Position numbers and translations under genes: made by a program. A stretch of DNA of 63,016 bases, the filler included, from Craspedostauros australis (taxonomy: Eukaryota), in assembly GCA_030167865.1 (NCBI GenBank). It is 12 parts of 12 records of this genome, joined end to end, with 100 filler letters (N's around TTAATTAATTAA, not from the genome) between each part and the next. Parts side by side here need not be neighbours in the genome. Positions count along the whole stretch, not along the records: positions 30,713 to 55,389 come from JALAGF010003995.1; positions 55,490 to 61,808 come from JALAGF010003996.1; 10 more parts are not named here. The stretch is one strand, 5' to 3'. Under the pieces are notes generated by a model. That model was not told the DNA's origin, did no database searches, and worked only from the letters and a program-made list of their open reading frames with translations. Below, in pieces: positions 48,421 to 60,853 of the stretch (position 1 is the stretch's first letter; every line of letters starts with the position of its first letter).

Positions 48421-49464
48421 CTAGGTGACCTTACGGAGTGCCTCGGTGAGGTAGGTGACGCAGTTATCGTGACCGTTTGCCACGGCGATATCCAACGGGG
48501 TCTGCCCTTTCAAGTTCTGGATGCTCAAGTCGGTCTTGCACAGCTCGCTTTCCAGAATCAGCTTCAGCATCGCTATGCCACCCACCTTGCAGAGGTTGTG
48601 CAACGCCGTGTCACCATGCTTGTTCTGCAACGTCGTGTCGAAGATAACTGAGTCGAGCACCCCTCCAAACACTTTGCCATGTTTAGAGATGTTCTCCATG
48701 TGCAGCGGGGTGTCGCCATCGTTGTTTTGGATGTTGAAAGGATGCTGGCACAGCTTGATGAGACGGTCGATGGCATCTCCATTCTTGATGACGGTGAGTT
48801 GATCAAGATTGTAGTTCGGGATGACCTCCTTGCGGAGGTGATCCATGATGAGGGTGAGGATGGCTTCGCTCACCACTCCCACCAGCATGTTAGCCCGACA
48901 TGCGATGTGGTAGCCTGTGTCACCAGCGTTGTTCTGGATGGTGGGATTGAGAATATGGGCATGGCATTTCGACAATGAACCAACCATTTCGACACGAGCA
49001 TTGATGTCGTGCCTCTTGAGTTCGCCACCTTCTCCCACCCAAATTAACACATGATTTCCCTTGGTACATCCGCACACAATATGGAATGGTGTGTTGCCGT
49101 CTTCGTCCTTGATGGTGACATCCAAGGTTTTGTTGCCGCTGGACATGATCTGCTCGACCCTGCGGAACTGTCCCTCTGCGCAGACGGCGTGCAAGGGTGT
49201 TCTGCCCCGAGCATCCTGGACGGTGAGGTCGACGTTTGCAGCTTTGGATGAGAGGAGGAACTCGACGACCTCGTCGCTTCCACTCGTCGCTGCGATGTGC
49301 AACCAAGTCCTACCATCGGAGAGTCGTCTGTTCATATCCACATCGAGCCAAGGCGTTGCAATCAAACGCTGCAGCAAATCTGTGTCGTCGCGCCGGATGG
49401 CGTCGTTAAGGGCTTCGTCGATCTGCCCCTGTTTTTCGCTTGAAATATTCTTGTCCGTTTCCAT
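48421..49464 (-). CDS. Ankyrin-repeat protein, paralog 1 (347 aa)
   Basis: GRTWLHIAA, GRTPLHAVC, GNTPFHIVC, GDTGYHIAC, GDTPLH, GDTALH, GQTPLDIA. Confidence 0.93.
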   Translation of the reverse strand: METDKNISSEKQGQIDEALNDAIRRDDTDLLQRLIATPWLDVDMNRRLSDGRTWLHIAATSGSDEVVEFLLSSKAANVDLTVQDARGRTPLHAVCAEGQFRRVEQIMSSGNKTLDVTIKDEDGNTPFHIVCGCTKGNHVLIWVGEGGELKRHDINARVEMVGSLSKCHAHILNPTIQNNAGDTGYHIACRANMLVGVVSEAILTLIMDHLRKEVIPNYNLDQLTVIKNGDAIDRLIKLCQHPFNIQNNDGDTPLHMENISKHGKVFGGVLDSVIFDTTLQNKHGDTALHNLCKVGGIAMLKLILESELCKTDLSIQNLKGQTPLDIAVANGHDNCVTYLTEALRKVT

Positions 49465-49508
49465 CTATCGCCGTGAGTTGTGTCGGCACGCATGCGTATG
49501 GTATATCA

Positions 49509-49561
49509 TACGAGTATCAGTATCAGTACGAGTATCAGTATCAGTACGAGTATCAGTATCA
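49509..49561 (+). repeat. Hexamer repeat (AGTATC/AGTACG)n upstream of ankyrin paralog 1
   Basis: Read directly; shorter version at ~53230-53260. Confidence 0.85.
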
Positions 49562-50078
49562 TGCGCAAGAGACCAGAGAGAATAGCCAGGAGAAGAGAAA
49601 AAGTGAGGTCAAAGCAGCTGCCACAACAGCAACAGCGCGTTGTCACAACGCAATCATGAGAATCGGTTGGGTCGAAGTCTGGAAGCGCATTACCAACAGC
49701 ATGGCACTGTAGGGTGGTGACACACGTCGGATTCTGCTCGCGCAGAGCAGTTCGCGCAGCAAAGTGGTAGCACTGTCCAGCGAATGATGGTCGAAAGCTG
49801 TCACAACCAACCACGCATCGCGATACTCTCAGTTACTTCCGTCCCATCAACTGACCTTGACTGTCCCTGTTCGTTGATGTTGCGTGTTCAGCGTGGCTCC
49901 TCGTGGCGGTGATTGTGGTGGTGTTTGTTGTCGCATTCTTCTCAGTGTGAGCAATCGCAATCGAGCAGAGCCGAGTTGAGCAACTGCGATGAAGGAGACC
50001 GCACCTCGGACGTGCATCTGGCTCCTCAGGTGTGGATCTTCTTGCTACGTTTGTTGCTGTGGATGCGCCACGAGAATT

Positions 50079-50146
50079 TGACACTTCCTGACACCCGAAA
50101 GCAGTTTCCCGAAACGACACGCACTGTGACTATTAATAACGTCTGT
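50079..50146 (+). mobile_element. Decayed terminus of family B PHIS element
   Basis: ATT|TGACACTTCCTGACACCCGAAAGCAGTTTCCCGAAACGACACGCACTGTGACTATTAATAACGTCTG matches the reverse complement of ~30163-30229 with a few mismatches. Confidence 0.88.
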
Positions 50147-50384
50147 GAATAACGTCCATGTATCAGATTGCCTTGGACACTCCAAAGCGGGACACTCTTC
50201 CGAGTTTCCATATAATCGGATTAGTCCAACTATACGTTTCCCCAAAATATTCCCCTTTTCTCACGACTGTCCGCCAACGCGCCATCTACCTCTCTATCAG
50301 GAATCGAAGGTGGAAATTTGTTCTAATACCCATGATTGCCGCACCTCCCGTGATTGTCAATCACGACTGAATAAAATCGGCTCT

Positions 50385-51003
50385 TGTTGATCAAGAAAGA
50401 TAACCTGTCCTCCTTTGGCATGAGACCCATGACATTGCCATACAGCAGGTCCTGGCACAAACCCACAAAACCACAACCTAGTCAGTGATGTCAGACCAGA
50501 AGGGTTGCAGGGGCAGTGGGTAGGAGTTGTATCCTACCTAAAGAAACAGAAACCCATATATAGGGATGCAACACGTGCTCCTGACAGACAAGAGCAATTG
50601 TATGATTGAGCAATCAAAAAGATTCAGAAAAACGATTGGAATTGATCAATCGTAAAACAGGTGGAATCAAAGATGCTGAGGGATCATGGCAAAACCTGTG
50701 ATGAAATGGATGCATGACTGCGGAACGTACCACATGAATGTAGACAAAACCAGTGTGCAGATATGCATGATGAGATGCCATGATGAAGACATCATGAGAT
50801 ATACACAATGATGTATGAGGCATGGCATGATGACAACAGGAGATAGCAACCATGAATACAGCAGTATTGCATGATGGCACCATGGCATATGCCTGCAATG
50901 AAATTGGAATTGAAAGAGATGATGAGATTGAGCTCACAGTTCTAAAATGGTACGATCTAATAGCAGATTAGATTACTATTACTATAACCACGGATTTCCA
51001 ACA
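50385..51003. mobile_element. Putative solo LTR (Ty1/copia-like), CpG-depleted
   Basis: Bounded by TGTTG...CAACA; ~5 CpG in 50401-50940 with abundant TG/CA; no matching TSD. Confidence 0.5.
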
Positions 51004-51027
51004 CATGATACTGCATTCACATCCTAG

Positions 51028-51513
51028 TACATCTTCAACGGAGAGCAAGTGTCCAAGGGCACCGTGATCAGCCTGGGAACAGCCGGATCTGTAGGTTTCA
51101 TGTACCTCTTCTTGTACGGATACCACATGGACCTCCAAAGTGATGCGGATCGACGGGAGAAGGAGAACCGTGAGAAGGCTGCCATACAAGCGGCCGAGGT
51201 AAGGGAAGCCACGAAACGCAAGAAAGAGGAAGACAGACTGCGGGCGATCGAGGAGAAGAAACGGAAGGAAGACGAAGCGGCGGTCGAGGCGGCTGCCATC
51301 GAGGCGAGGCAAGAGCAGAATGCGAGGGAAGAGCAGAAGACCAAGGAGGAGTCGGAGCGGCAGCTGACCGAGGCGGCTGCCCAGTCACGCAAGGCTTTTG
51401 ACGAGGTGCGTCGGCAGGTTGCTGCTGGCGATGATAGCAACGATCTCAGTGGTGGCAACGGCAGTGGCAGTGATGATCGTAAGCATCGCTTCCGATTCTG
51501 GCTCAATAAATGA
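51028..51513 (+). pseudogene. Orphan duplicate of exon 2 of the 46186-47778 gene
   Basis: Acceptor CCTAG and open frame retained; exon 1 is not duplicated. Confidence 0.75.
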
Positions 51514-52148
51514 GCTAGGACCTCTGTATGAGCGCATCAATGTGCGAGGATCATGTACATAGGTTTGTACGCGCACGCAGAACCATTGCTTCGTTTCGGA
51601 GTGATGCTTTTCGTTAAGGCAGCTGAAGGGCAAGGAGAAGATGGAACAGAACGAATAGAGCACCATGTGATGCAAACAGACAAGATTCCAAGTCAGCTCA
51701 TTCTGATTGCAATACTGACACCTATTGGTGTCTTGTATGTTGCGGTGGCGGATGCAACTTGTAGCCCATGGTTGTGGTTCACTCGTCGGTTCTCCACGCT
51801 TGTTTCACATTGTTGTTTTCAACCAAGTGACCCTGAGATCACAGATTGAGCGATTCCTGAATGAAGCGATGTGTGTATGAGCGCGTGCAGAGTGCTCTAT
51901 TGATCTCTCCCTCTCCAGAAAGTTATTGACAGTCCTACTCATACCAGTACGACTGTGCAAGTCGTCGACTCCCTGTTCCCATTCCCATCCCACCCAGCAC
52001 TAATATGCAATCTGGATTTACTTATATAACTGTACGAAAAGTGCTCGCCCCATCCTTCGTTTGGCTTCGATCGATTCCGCTCCCAGCAATCTTGACTTGG
52101 ATCTACGGAAGCGCGCGAGTGCTTCGGCGGATCCCTCTCATCACCGAC

Positions 52149-53192
52149 CTAGGTGACCTTCTTGCGGCTTGCCTCGGTGAGGTAGGTGACGCAATTATCG
52201 TGGCCGTTTGCCACGGCGATATCCAACGGGGTCTGCCCTTTCAGGTTCTGGATGCTCAAGTCGGTCTTGCACAGTTCACTTTCCAGAAACAGCTTCAGCG
52301 TCGCTATGCCACCCACCTTGCAGAGGTTGTGCAACGCCGTGTCACCATGCTTGTTCTGCAACGTCATGTCTATGATATCTGATTCGAGCACCACTCGGAA
52401 CCCTCCGGAAAAGTTGGCGATGTCCGCCACGTGCAGCGGGGTGTCGCCATCGTTGTTTTGGATGTTGTAAGGATTCGGGCACAGCTTGATGAGACGATCG
52501 ATGGCATCTCCATTCTTGATGACGGTGAGTTGATCAAGATTGTAGTTCGGGATGACCTCCTTGTGGAGGTGATCCACGATGAGCGTGAGGATGGCTTCGT
52601 CAATCACTCCCAACAACATGTCGTCCCGACATGCGATGTGGTGGCCTGTGTCACCAGCGTTGTTCTGGATGGCGGGATTGAGAATTTGGGTATGGCATTG
52701 CGACAATGCACGAATCATTTGTTGACGAGCATTGATGTCGAGCTCTTGAAGTTCACCATCTTCTACCCAAACTAAAACCTGATCTCCCTTGGTACATCCG
52801 CACACAAGATGGAATGGCGTGTTGCCGTCTTCGTCCTTGATGGTGACATCCAAGGTTTCGTTGCCGCTGGACATGATCTGCTCGAGATTGCGGAACCGTC
52901 CATCCTCGCAGGCGGCGTGCAAGGCCGTTCTGCCCCGAGCATCCTGAACGGTGAGGTCGACGTTTGCAGTCTTGGATGAGAGGAGGAACTTGACGGCCTC
53001 GTCGCTTCCACTCGCCGCTGCGATGTGAAACCAAGTCCTCCCACTGGAGAATTGTCTGTTCATATCCACATCGAGCTCAGGCGTTGAAATTAAATGCTCC
53101 AGTACATCTATTTCGCCGCGCCGGATGGCGCGGTCAAGGGCTCCCTCGATCTCCCACTTTTGTTCGCGTGAAATACTCTTGCCCGTTTCCAT
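52149..53192 (-). CDS. Ankyrin-repeat protein, paralog 2 (347 aa)
   Basis: Same repeat architecture as 48421-49464. Confidence 0.93.
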   Translation of the reverse strand: METGKSISREQKWEIEGALDRAIRRGEIDVLEHLISTPELDVDMNRQFSSGRTWFHIAAASGSDEAVKFLLSSKTANVDLTVQDARGRTALHAACEDGRFRNLEQIMSSGNETLDVTIKDEDGNTPFHLVCGCTKGDQVLVWVEDGELQELDINARQQMIRALSQCHTQILNPAIQNNAGDTGHHIACRDDMLLGVIDEAILTLIVDHLHKEVIPNYNLDQLTVIKNGDAIDRLIKLCPNPYNIQNNDGDTPLHVADIANFSGGFRVVLESDIIDMTLQNKHGDTALHNLCKVGGIATLKLFLESELCKTDLSIQNLKGQTPLDIAVANGHDNCVTYLTEASRKKVT

Positions 53193-54786
53193 CTATCGCC
53201 GTGAGTTGTGTCAGCACCCATGCGTATGGTGTATCAGTACGAGTACGAGTATCAGTATCATGCCCAAGAGACAAGAGGCAGGAGAAGAGAAAAAGTGAGG
53301 TCAAAGCAGTTGCCACAACAGCAACGGCGCGTTGTCACAACACAATCATATGAATCGGTTGGGTAGAAGGCTCGAAGCACATTACCAAGAGTATGGTACG
53401 ATAGGGTTGTGGTGACAAACGCCGGATTCTGCTCGCACAGAGTAGCTCGTATAGTAAAATGGTAGCACTGCCCAGCGAATGATGGTCGAAAGCTGTCACA
53501 ACCAACCATGTGCGTCGCGATCGTCTCCGTTACTTCCGTCCCATCAACTGACCTTGGCTGCCCCTGTTGGTTGATGTTGCGTGTTCAGCGTGGCTCCTCG
53601 TGGTGGTGGTGGTTGTGGTGGTGTTTGTTCTTTCTTTCTTTTCATTATGAGCAATCGCAGGAGAGTAGAGTGCAATAGAGAAGAGCAGCCGTGATGTGCA
53701 AGCTATGTGCATGGTCTTGTGTAGTCATATCTGAATCCGCAAGCGTGGATCTTCTTGTTGGGTTTGTTGTTGTGGATGTGCTGTGGGGATCGCTGTCGGG
53801 TTTCTGTTGTGCCCTTCCCGATGAGAGAGTGTCGACCAACACGACTGGTTCATCCAATCACGCACGACCCGTTCGGCACGTTTCTCGAGTTCGCTTTCTC
53901 ATCACGACAACAAGGAACAAGGGTATCTTCTGGAGACTGGACAGAACAGATCCATCACCAGGAATGACCGACCAAACCACCCGAACGCGGAAAAGAACAC
54001 GAGGAACGCAAAGAGGACGGAGACGCCCACGCAACGACCATTGGGAGAGAAAACACGCTCCGGTGCGGAGACGGCACGGTGAAGCAATCAGGAGAGCCAT
54101 CAAAGCGAGGAAAGACCAAGCAGTCGCATCAGGTGCGTCGGAGTTGAGTGAGTGAGAGAAGCAAACAGCTGGTCGACATCATTATCGAGGAAGACGGGAA
54201 GCAAGCAACCATCAAGGCCATCACGATCCTTCGCGTTCCACTCCGCAAACTCATCGCAGGACACACAAACCAAGGGTGCGTGATCTGTGATGCTTGGCGT
54301 GATGGGCTGGCGTGGCGAAGTCGGATGGGAGTGGGAGACGACAACCGGCTATTCCACGGCATGACGGAGAGGCCCTGCAGGGAACATTGACAGCACCTGC
54401 TGGAACTGCAGAAATTGAACGAGCAGCGCTGCTTTTGGCGTTCCCACGAGACAGAGAGGGAAAGAGAGACCTGCAGCGTCCCGACCAACGGAGTGCAGCA
54501 TGCTTCAATTATGGAAACGTCAGACGATGGCAGCGCTGCGCACGACGAAATTGGATGCACGTTGCCATGCTCACGACGTCTCGTGGCGCCGCTCACATTA
54601 CGCAGCTCACGGATTGCAACATGCCTTGTTTGATCGCCTCGATTCGGTTCGACTCTGCTCTCTCCTCTATACTCATAGTATACTCATACTATACTCATAT
54701 CACAGATTCAGCGTGACGCACACCTATGAGTACACCAACAATTTTGAAGCACCACATCGAAGAACTCGACGCAACAATCAACCATA

Positions 54787-55377
54787 ATGGCGAGGCAATT
54801 GGATTACGCGAGGAAAGCAGCCGGGGCATCTGCGGTGCTCCTTGCTCTCATTTTGGCGCGGCTCTTGTCGACGAACGGCACTGCACTGGGGCTAATCCAG
54901 CACACCCATGCCAACGAAGATGCCTTGGTGGTTGAGGGGGAAGATGGTGGCATTACACATGACACGCTCAGCAAATCGACGGATGCGTACTTGTACGAAG
55001 GCAGCAGCAAAATCAGAGAAGTGAAGAAGACGATCCACAGCAAATGTCTCGCAGACCTCGACACCATGTGCTGGCATCGTCGCCGTGGTTTGGCTGCGCC
55101 TTGCTACTCGCCACTCCGGACGGTCCACCCCGCGTTTACCAGCATGATGAAGCCGCACATGAAATACGTGACGCAATGCGAGATGAAATTCAAGACCGAC
55201 AATGCAAGCCTGCTCACGATGCTCGACGACATCAACTCCCATCGCACATTTGTCGAGAACGAAGTGCTCAACATCATCCTGTCGCACTTTCTCGAGCATC
55301 TCTACTGCCTATCCGCTTTTTGTGTCGCCCCCATTTGGGGCCACAAAGGGCCACAAGGGGCTACAGGGTCGAAGTAG
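54787..55377 (+). CDS. Hypothetical ORF (196 aa)
   Basis: ATG-initiated open frame; no family recognised. Confidence 0.3.
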   Translation: MARQLDYARKAAGASAVLLALILARLLSTNGTALGLIQHTHANEDALVVEGEDGGITHDTLSKSTDAYLYEGSSKIREVKKTIHSKCLADLDTMCWHRRRGLAAPCYSPLRTVHPAFTSMMKPHMKYVTQCEMKFKTDNASLLTMLDDINSHRTFVENEVLNIILSHFLEHLYCLSAFCVAPIWGHKGPQGATGSK

Positions 55378-58299
55378 TCGAATCCTGGTNNNNNNNNNNN
55401 NNNNNNNNNNNNNNNNNNNNNNNNNNNNNNNNNTTAATTAATTAANNNNNNNNNNNNNNNNNNNNNNNNNNNNNNNNNNNNNNNNNNNNGAATTCCCAAA
55501 CAGAGCAATTGGCAACATTGAGGATACGCCAACAGCACTTCGGATTTAAATTGTATTATAGGAAAGACCATGAATTGGAGATGGTAAATGAAATACTCTA
55601 ACTCAAGTGGGTACTATGAACTGAGGCCCTCCCGTGCGACCATGCCAGAGTGTGCAATTTGAACGCAGAGCAGCGCAAGTAAACACTGGTCTGGTATCTG
55701 AGAAGCATGTACGAGTATCTACGCGTACATATCTATTATTCCATACACACCTCGAATCAGATTGCAGCAACACAAGCTTGAGCAAGATCGGAGGCTCCAC
55801 TCAGACCGCGAATTAGTCATTGAGTGGAATGTTTGACTCGATCGACTACCTCAGTCGCCCACGAATCAGGCGCGGTATCGGACAAGACCAATTTTTGTTT
55901 GCTCTCGCGTGTGCCCGCCAACTTCGCCTGTGCATGATTTGTGAATGTTGGTCGTGGCGCGGAGATCTTGTGGAATTGATGAGCGGCATTGGAGGGGAAT
56001 CGGAGAGCAGTGTAGCTCGTGGTGTAGAAGGGCAGGGCGAAGCCGGACAGGAACGTGGAGGAGTTCGGTGTTTGTGATCCGTGCAACCGCGGGAAGGACA
56101 CGTCCAAGGCATCTCTGACATCGAGTCCGGCACGAAGCCATGCGAGAGGTCAGGTGATGTCAAGTTACGTGAGATGGAAAGCGTGTTCCTCTTCTTGCGG
56201 AGTCATGCTGGTGTTGTTGTATCATGTGGCGGAGGCAATGATGACTCTTGGCTGCGGTTGGAAGGGCGGTGCCGATGATGGGTATACACGTGGCAATGAG
56301 GAAGGGAAAGCAACCAGCGCCGTATGTACGAATAGGCATGTTGTGATTCCTTGTGTCCTCAGCTCAGGCGATTGTCGTATCGGCGAGGAGCCGCAACCAT
56401 GGATCCAACCAATCGCTCCACCCTCGATCTCCGAATCTTTCCCTCTTGGCGAGCTGCCTTCGGCGAACAGCCTGGGGCTTTGTCTTGTATCCATGTGATA
56501 TGTTGCAAGAGTGCTTTCATCCTCGATACACACACTACTGTGCGTTTCGTTCTGCTTGGACCCCACATTCATCCCAGGTTTTTCCTCTTTTGTCAACAAG
56601 GTATTCTGTTGCGAGTAGTCGTGTGTATGGCAAACCTCGAGGGTGATCGCCACGAGACAGGATGTCATCGCCTGAACGCGTCCAACATGATTCCCAGGAA
56701 GCATCGACGGGCGTCCTTTTCCTTTTCCCCGCGACGAGCATTCCGCATCATGGCGTCGCGTTGTATCATTCTCGCAGGTTCGAATTGGCTTGGCGGCGGT
56801 GGCGAGAAGGAGTTGCGGAATGGAATGCCGTCATGGTTGGCATCGCTACTGCTGCTGCCGCTGCTGTTGGTGGGGCGAAGACGTGAACAGAGCACAGGAT
56901 CAACACAGCGAACTTCTTGCGCACGTGCCAATGCCATACGTACTTGTACGTGCACTACCTGAGCTCGCTTCGCGCTATTTCCCGCTGGTATAAGTATCGA
57001 TTTGGAGAGGGAGAGGGAGAGATTCAAGTCCTGCTCAGACGAAGACTCCACCATACTACTACGAAAGCTCTCCCGATTCGTAACATTCCGGATGGAACGC
57101 AACGGAACCGCCGTCTTCCACTCGAGACGGCAAAGATCGAATCCTGATAGTCATCCGAATGCCCCGTGGAGGTGGACACAACGACCAATGTGGAACACTC
57201 GCAAACATCACCCCGCGTAACGTCTGTTCCTTCCGAACGAGTCGGCACCGACAGAATGGCTCACAACGATCGATCTTCACAACTTCTCACAGAGCACCAT
57301 GGTCGCGCCATAACTGCTTTGGCACGATCGCCCCATGTGCGCCAATCTCTTCGGCGAGGTTTGTGTTGTTGCGGTGATGCACGTGCTGTTTGTGATTGTT
57401 TCGTGTTTCGAAAATGTGAGAGGACGAACAGAACGGCGTGTTGCCGCTTTGGCTTTTCTGGAATGAATACCGACCGGTTCTCATATTGTTAAGTGTGCTT
57501 CGTGTATTGCGTCACAGAATGTCCACTCCGACAAAACAAACGGAACTCTCATGAGACCGAAAAGACCAACACAGACTCGATTCGGATGAACGAAGATCCA
57601 AACACGATCCACTCAGCAAGTCCACACGGAAGTTGCCGTGTCCGTGAGATTGCGATCCGGCCACTTGCGATCAACAACACGCAACGATCGCAGATGATAC
57701 GACCGAGTATAGCATGGTGCAGGTACAGGAGGAGTAAGAAAGAGTGGGTTGTGCCAACTTTGCCTCATCGAGCGTTGCAGCAACAACAACAACATTGGTC
57801 TTGGGAAAGGGAAAGGAGAAATACCCGAGAATGCCTTGGGAATGCAGAGCATCTCGGATTCCTCAGATGCCTTGCCTCCATCACCAGTGTGGATTCAACA
57901 TCACCGAGAGTACCTCCGAGTCAAATCCTCTCGAGCACTGTGGTATCACGCACTCGTACTATCCCGACCAAGATCAGATGCACGATCAAATGGTGTGGTT
58001 GGATACCTATCGATCGATCAATCGATCTCGCGCGATGTTGGCCCGCGATGTTGGCTCACGATGCATGATGCAGCCACTCAAGCATCTGTCATATTGATTT
58101 CAAGAAGGTATGGTGCAAGCAGCAAGGCAATCAATGGCAGTGGCTGATCAACTTCGAAGACAATCCTCATCCTCTCATAAAAACGAAAAGCATCCAAAGC
58201 AATAGCATCTCATCAACACAAACACACAAACAAACCGACTTCACAAACAACACACACAACAAACAACCTATCCCACCCATCTCTCATTCATCACGAGCA

Positions 58300-60409
58300 A
58301 TGTTCCGTCTTTCCAAAACCTTCTTCACCGTCTTCGTGGCGACTGCCGCATTGTCAGCATCCCCAGCTTTGGGACACAAGCGTGAAGAGGACGATCGCGT
58401 CCAGCGCCCCACAGGCGGCCTGCGCGGACGCAGCAACGCTGCCAACACCCGCGACTCACCTCGACGGCTTGATGGCAACGTCGACGACCCGGAAGATGTG
58501 CCCGATGAGGCTGTGATCGACGATGACATCGTGCGCGTCATCGTCGAGTGCCCATCCGGCGTCTCCCATCAGCAGTGTCTGGAGGACATCCAGAAGCTGG
58601 CGAAGAGCGCCGGTATCGGTGCTCATGGAGATATCAGCATCGTCCACGATCTCGACACCATCGACGCTGTGGCCATCTCTTTGGATCTGGCCGATCTCCC
58701 TCTGCTGGCTGGCTATGATTACTTCGAGGACATGGCCCGCGAGCCTCTGTACATTCACGATTCCGTCGTCGTGGAAGAGGCCGACCAGAATGATCGCAAG
58801 CTCCAAGGCAATACCGAGACGACCCCATACGGTATCGACATGGTGAACGCACCGCAGGTGTGGGAGTCGTTTGGAACCAAGGGAGCAGGCGCAACCGTAT
58901 GCGTCTTGGATACCGGAATCTTGAGCGATCACGAGGACTTTGACATCAGCCGCCTCGATGGATACAATGGCGGCGAGGCTGTGACGCCATGGGATGCCGA
59001 CGGCAATGGCCATGGAACTGTGAGTACTTGTGCTTGTGCTAATGAGCTTGTGCTTGTGCTCATGCTTGTGAATAGCCAGAGGTGATCTGTGCGTGAAAGC
59101 TGATCAAGAATTCGACCAAATCATCTCACCACTTCTCCTTACAACTGTTATCCCGACTCTGTACACTACCCAATCGCTGTGCATGACAACAGCACGTCTC
59201 CGGAACGATCGGAGCGTCCGACAACAACGTGGGAGTCATCGGCGTGGCACCCGAAGCCAAGATCTTCACCGTCCGTGTCTTCAACGATCAAGGGATCTTC
59301 AGCTCCGACTTGATGAAGGCGGCAGCGCAGTGTGTCGACGGAGGCGCCGATATCATCAGCATGAGTTTGGGAGGAGGAGGCTCCAGCAGTAGAGAGCGCG
59401 CCTTCTTCGAGCAGCTGTACAGCCAGGGCATCCTGTCCGTGGCAGCCTCTGGCAACTCCGGAGGAACGACCAACGCCGTCAACTACCCAGCAGCGTACGA
59501 TATCGTCGTGAGCGTGGCAGCGGTGGATTCTTCCAAGAACTTGGCTAGCTTCTCCACTCGCAACAACCGTGTGGATCTCGCTGCGCCAGGAGTCGACGTG
59601 CGCAGCACCTGGAACAACGGACGTTACGCCACGATCAGTGGAACGAGCATGGTAAGTGTGAAGACACGCAGATGCTGTTTACTGTGGTTGGACCATGCAG
59701 AGCCAGTCGCCAATCATACATACTGTATTTCATTATGTGATCGAATACCAATGACTGTCATTGCCAACAATCATCTAACCATGCCTGCTACTACAATCCC
59801 ACACTTGCTCTTCTCCACACCATTCATATTCACTCTCGATCGCAACAGGCATGCCCACATGTGAGCGGAGTGGCAGCACTGCTCAGAAGCTACGACAAGA
59901 ATCTGACCACCGCAGAACTCTTCACCGCCCTCACATCCACAGCCGAAGATCGTGGACCCAGTGGCAAGGACAGCAGCTTCGGTCATGGTATCGTCGATGC
60001 GTTGGCCGCCATCGAATCTCTGGGCGACAGCAGCGGCGGCGATAACAGCGATGAAAACGGTGGCGGCGGTGACAACAGCGGTAACGACGGTGCCGACGAT
60101 CTCCCATGCCTCGAAATTCGCGTCGACATCCGCTTGGACCTATTCCCAGGAGACATCAGCCACTCCTTGCGCAATCTGGCAACCGGAGAGGAAGTGTGGA
60201 AGGAGGATAGCTACCGCCCCTTCGAACGCGATACCCAGACCGTGTGCGTCGATCGCCTATCGTGCTGGCGTTACGAGATCGTGGACAGCTACGGCGATGG
60301 ATTGCTCGGCTACGGCGGTATCGCCTTGAGCGAGGATGGTGAGGTGCTGTACCGCGGCGGTAACTTCGGCACTGGCGGGTACCGCGATTTCGGACTGGGC
60401 TGTGAGTAA
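58300..60409 (+). CDS. Secreted subtilisin-like serine protease (S8); exons 58300-59019, 59193-59651, 59849-60409
   Basis: Signal peptide and prodomain; catalytic VLDTG, HGT|HVSG, AASGN, GTSM|ACPHV; two phase-0 GT-AG introns; C-terminal DSYGDG-containing domain. Confidence 0.95.
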
Positions 60410-60853
60410 ATGCGATACGATGTGATGGAATGGAAGGCAGACAGATGCTGGCGGAAGCTGTCATGGGTCTGCTCTGCACACACACATACTCGTAGTATGC
60501 CAATGCGACGATACTGAATAGAGTAGAGTAGAGTAGAGTACGTATCTTAATTAGGACCATACAATACATGCAATTGGATGTTATCCTCCACTTTCTTCTT
60601 CTTGATTAGAGTAGAGCGCTGCGTATGCCATTGCCTGTCGCTGCCACCTTCTACGGTGTGCTGAAACTTTCGCACGATCAATCCACATCTGTTCGGAGGC
60701 ACATGCTGATGAGCCGAGCGGTGTCGAACATCGTGACCCGCTGCCGCGCAAGCAAGGAACTCTTACCTCTCTTCCATCTTTGACACAAACAATGTATTAT
60801 ATGTGGGTAATGGTCGCTACTGTAAACTGAATCGTAGTTGTTGTTGAAGGCGT

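Larger units (their letters stand above)
47263..50068. repeat. Tandem segmental duplication, copy 1 (copy 2 at 51004-53781)
   Basis: Colinear similarity from CATGATACTGCATTC to GTGGATG(C/T)GC. Confidence 0.92.

Noticed and set aside
55800..57300. Minus-strand gene from several short ORFs
   Set aside because: No consistent splice model or domain could be built; at most a decayed gene.
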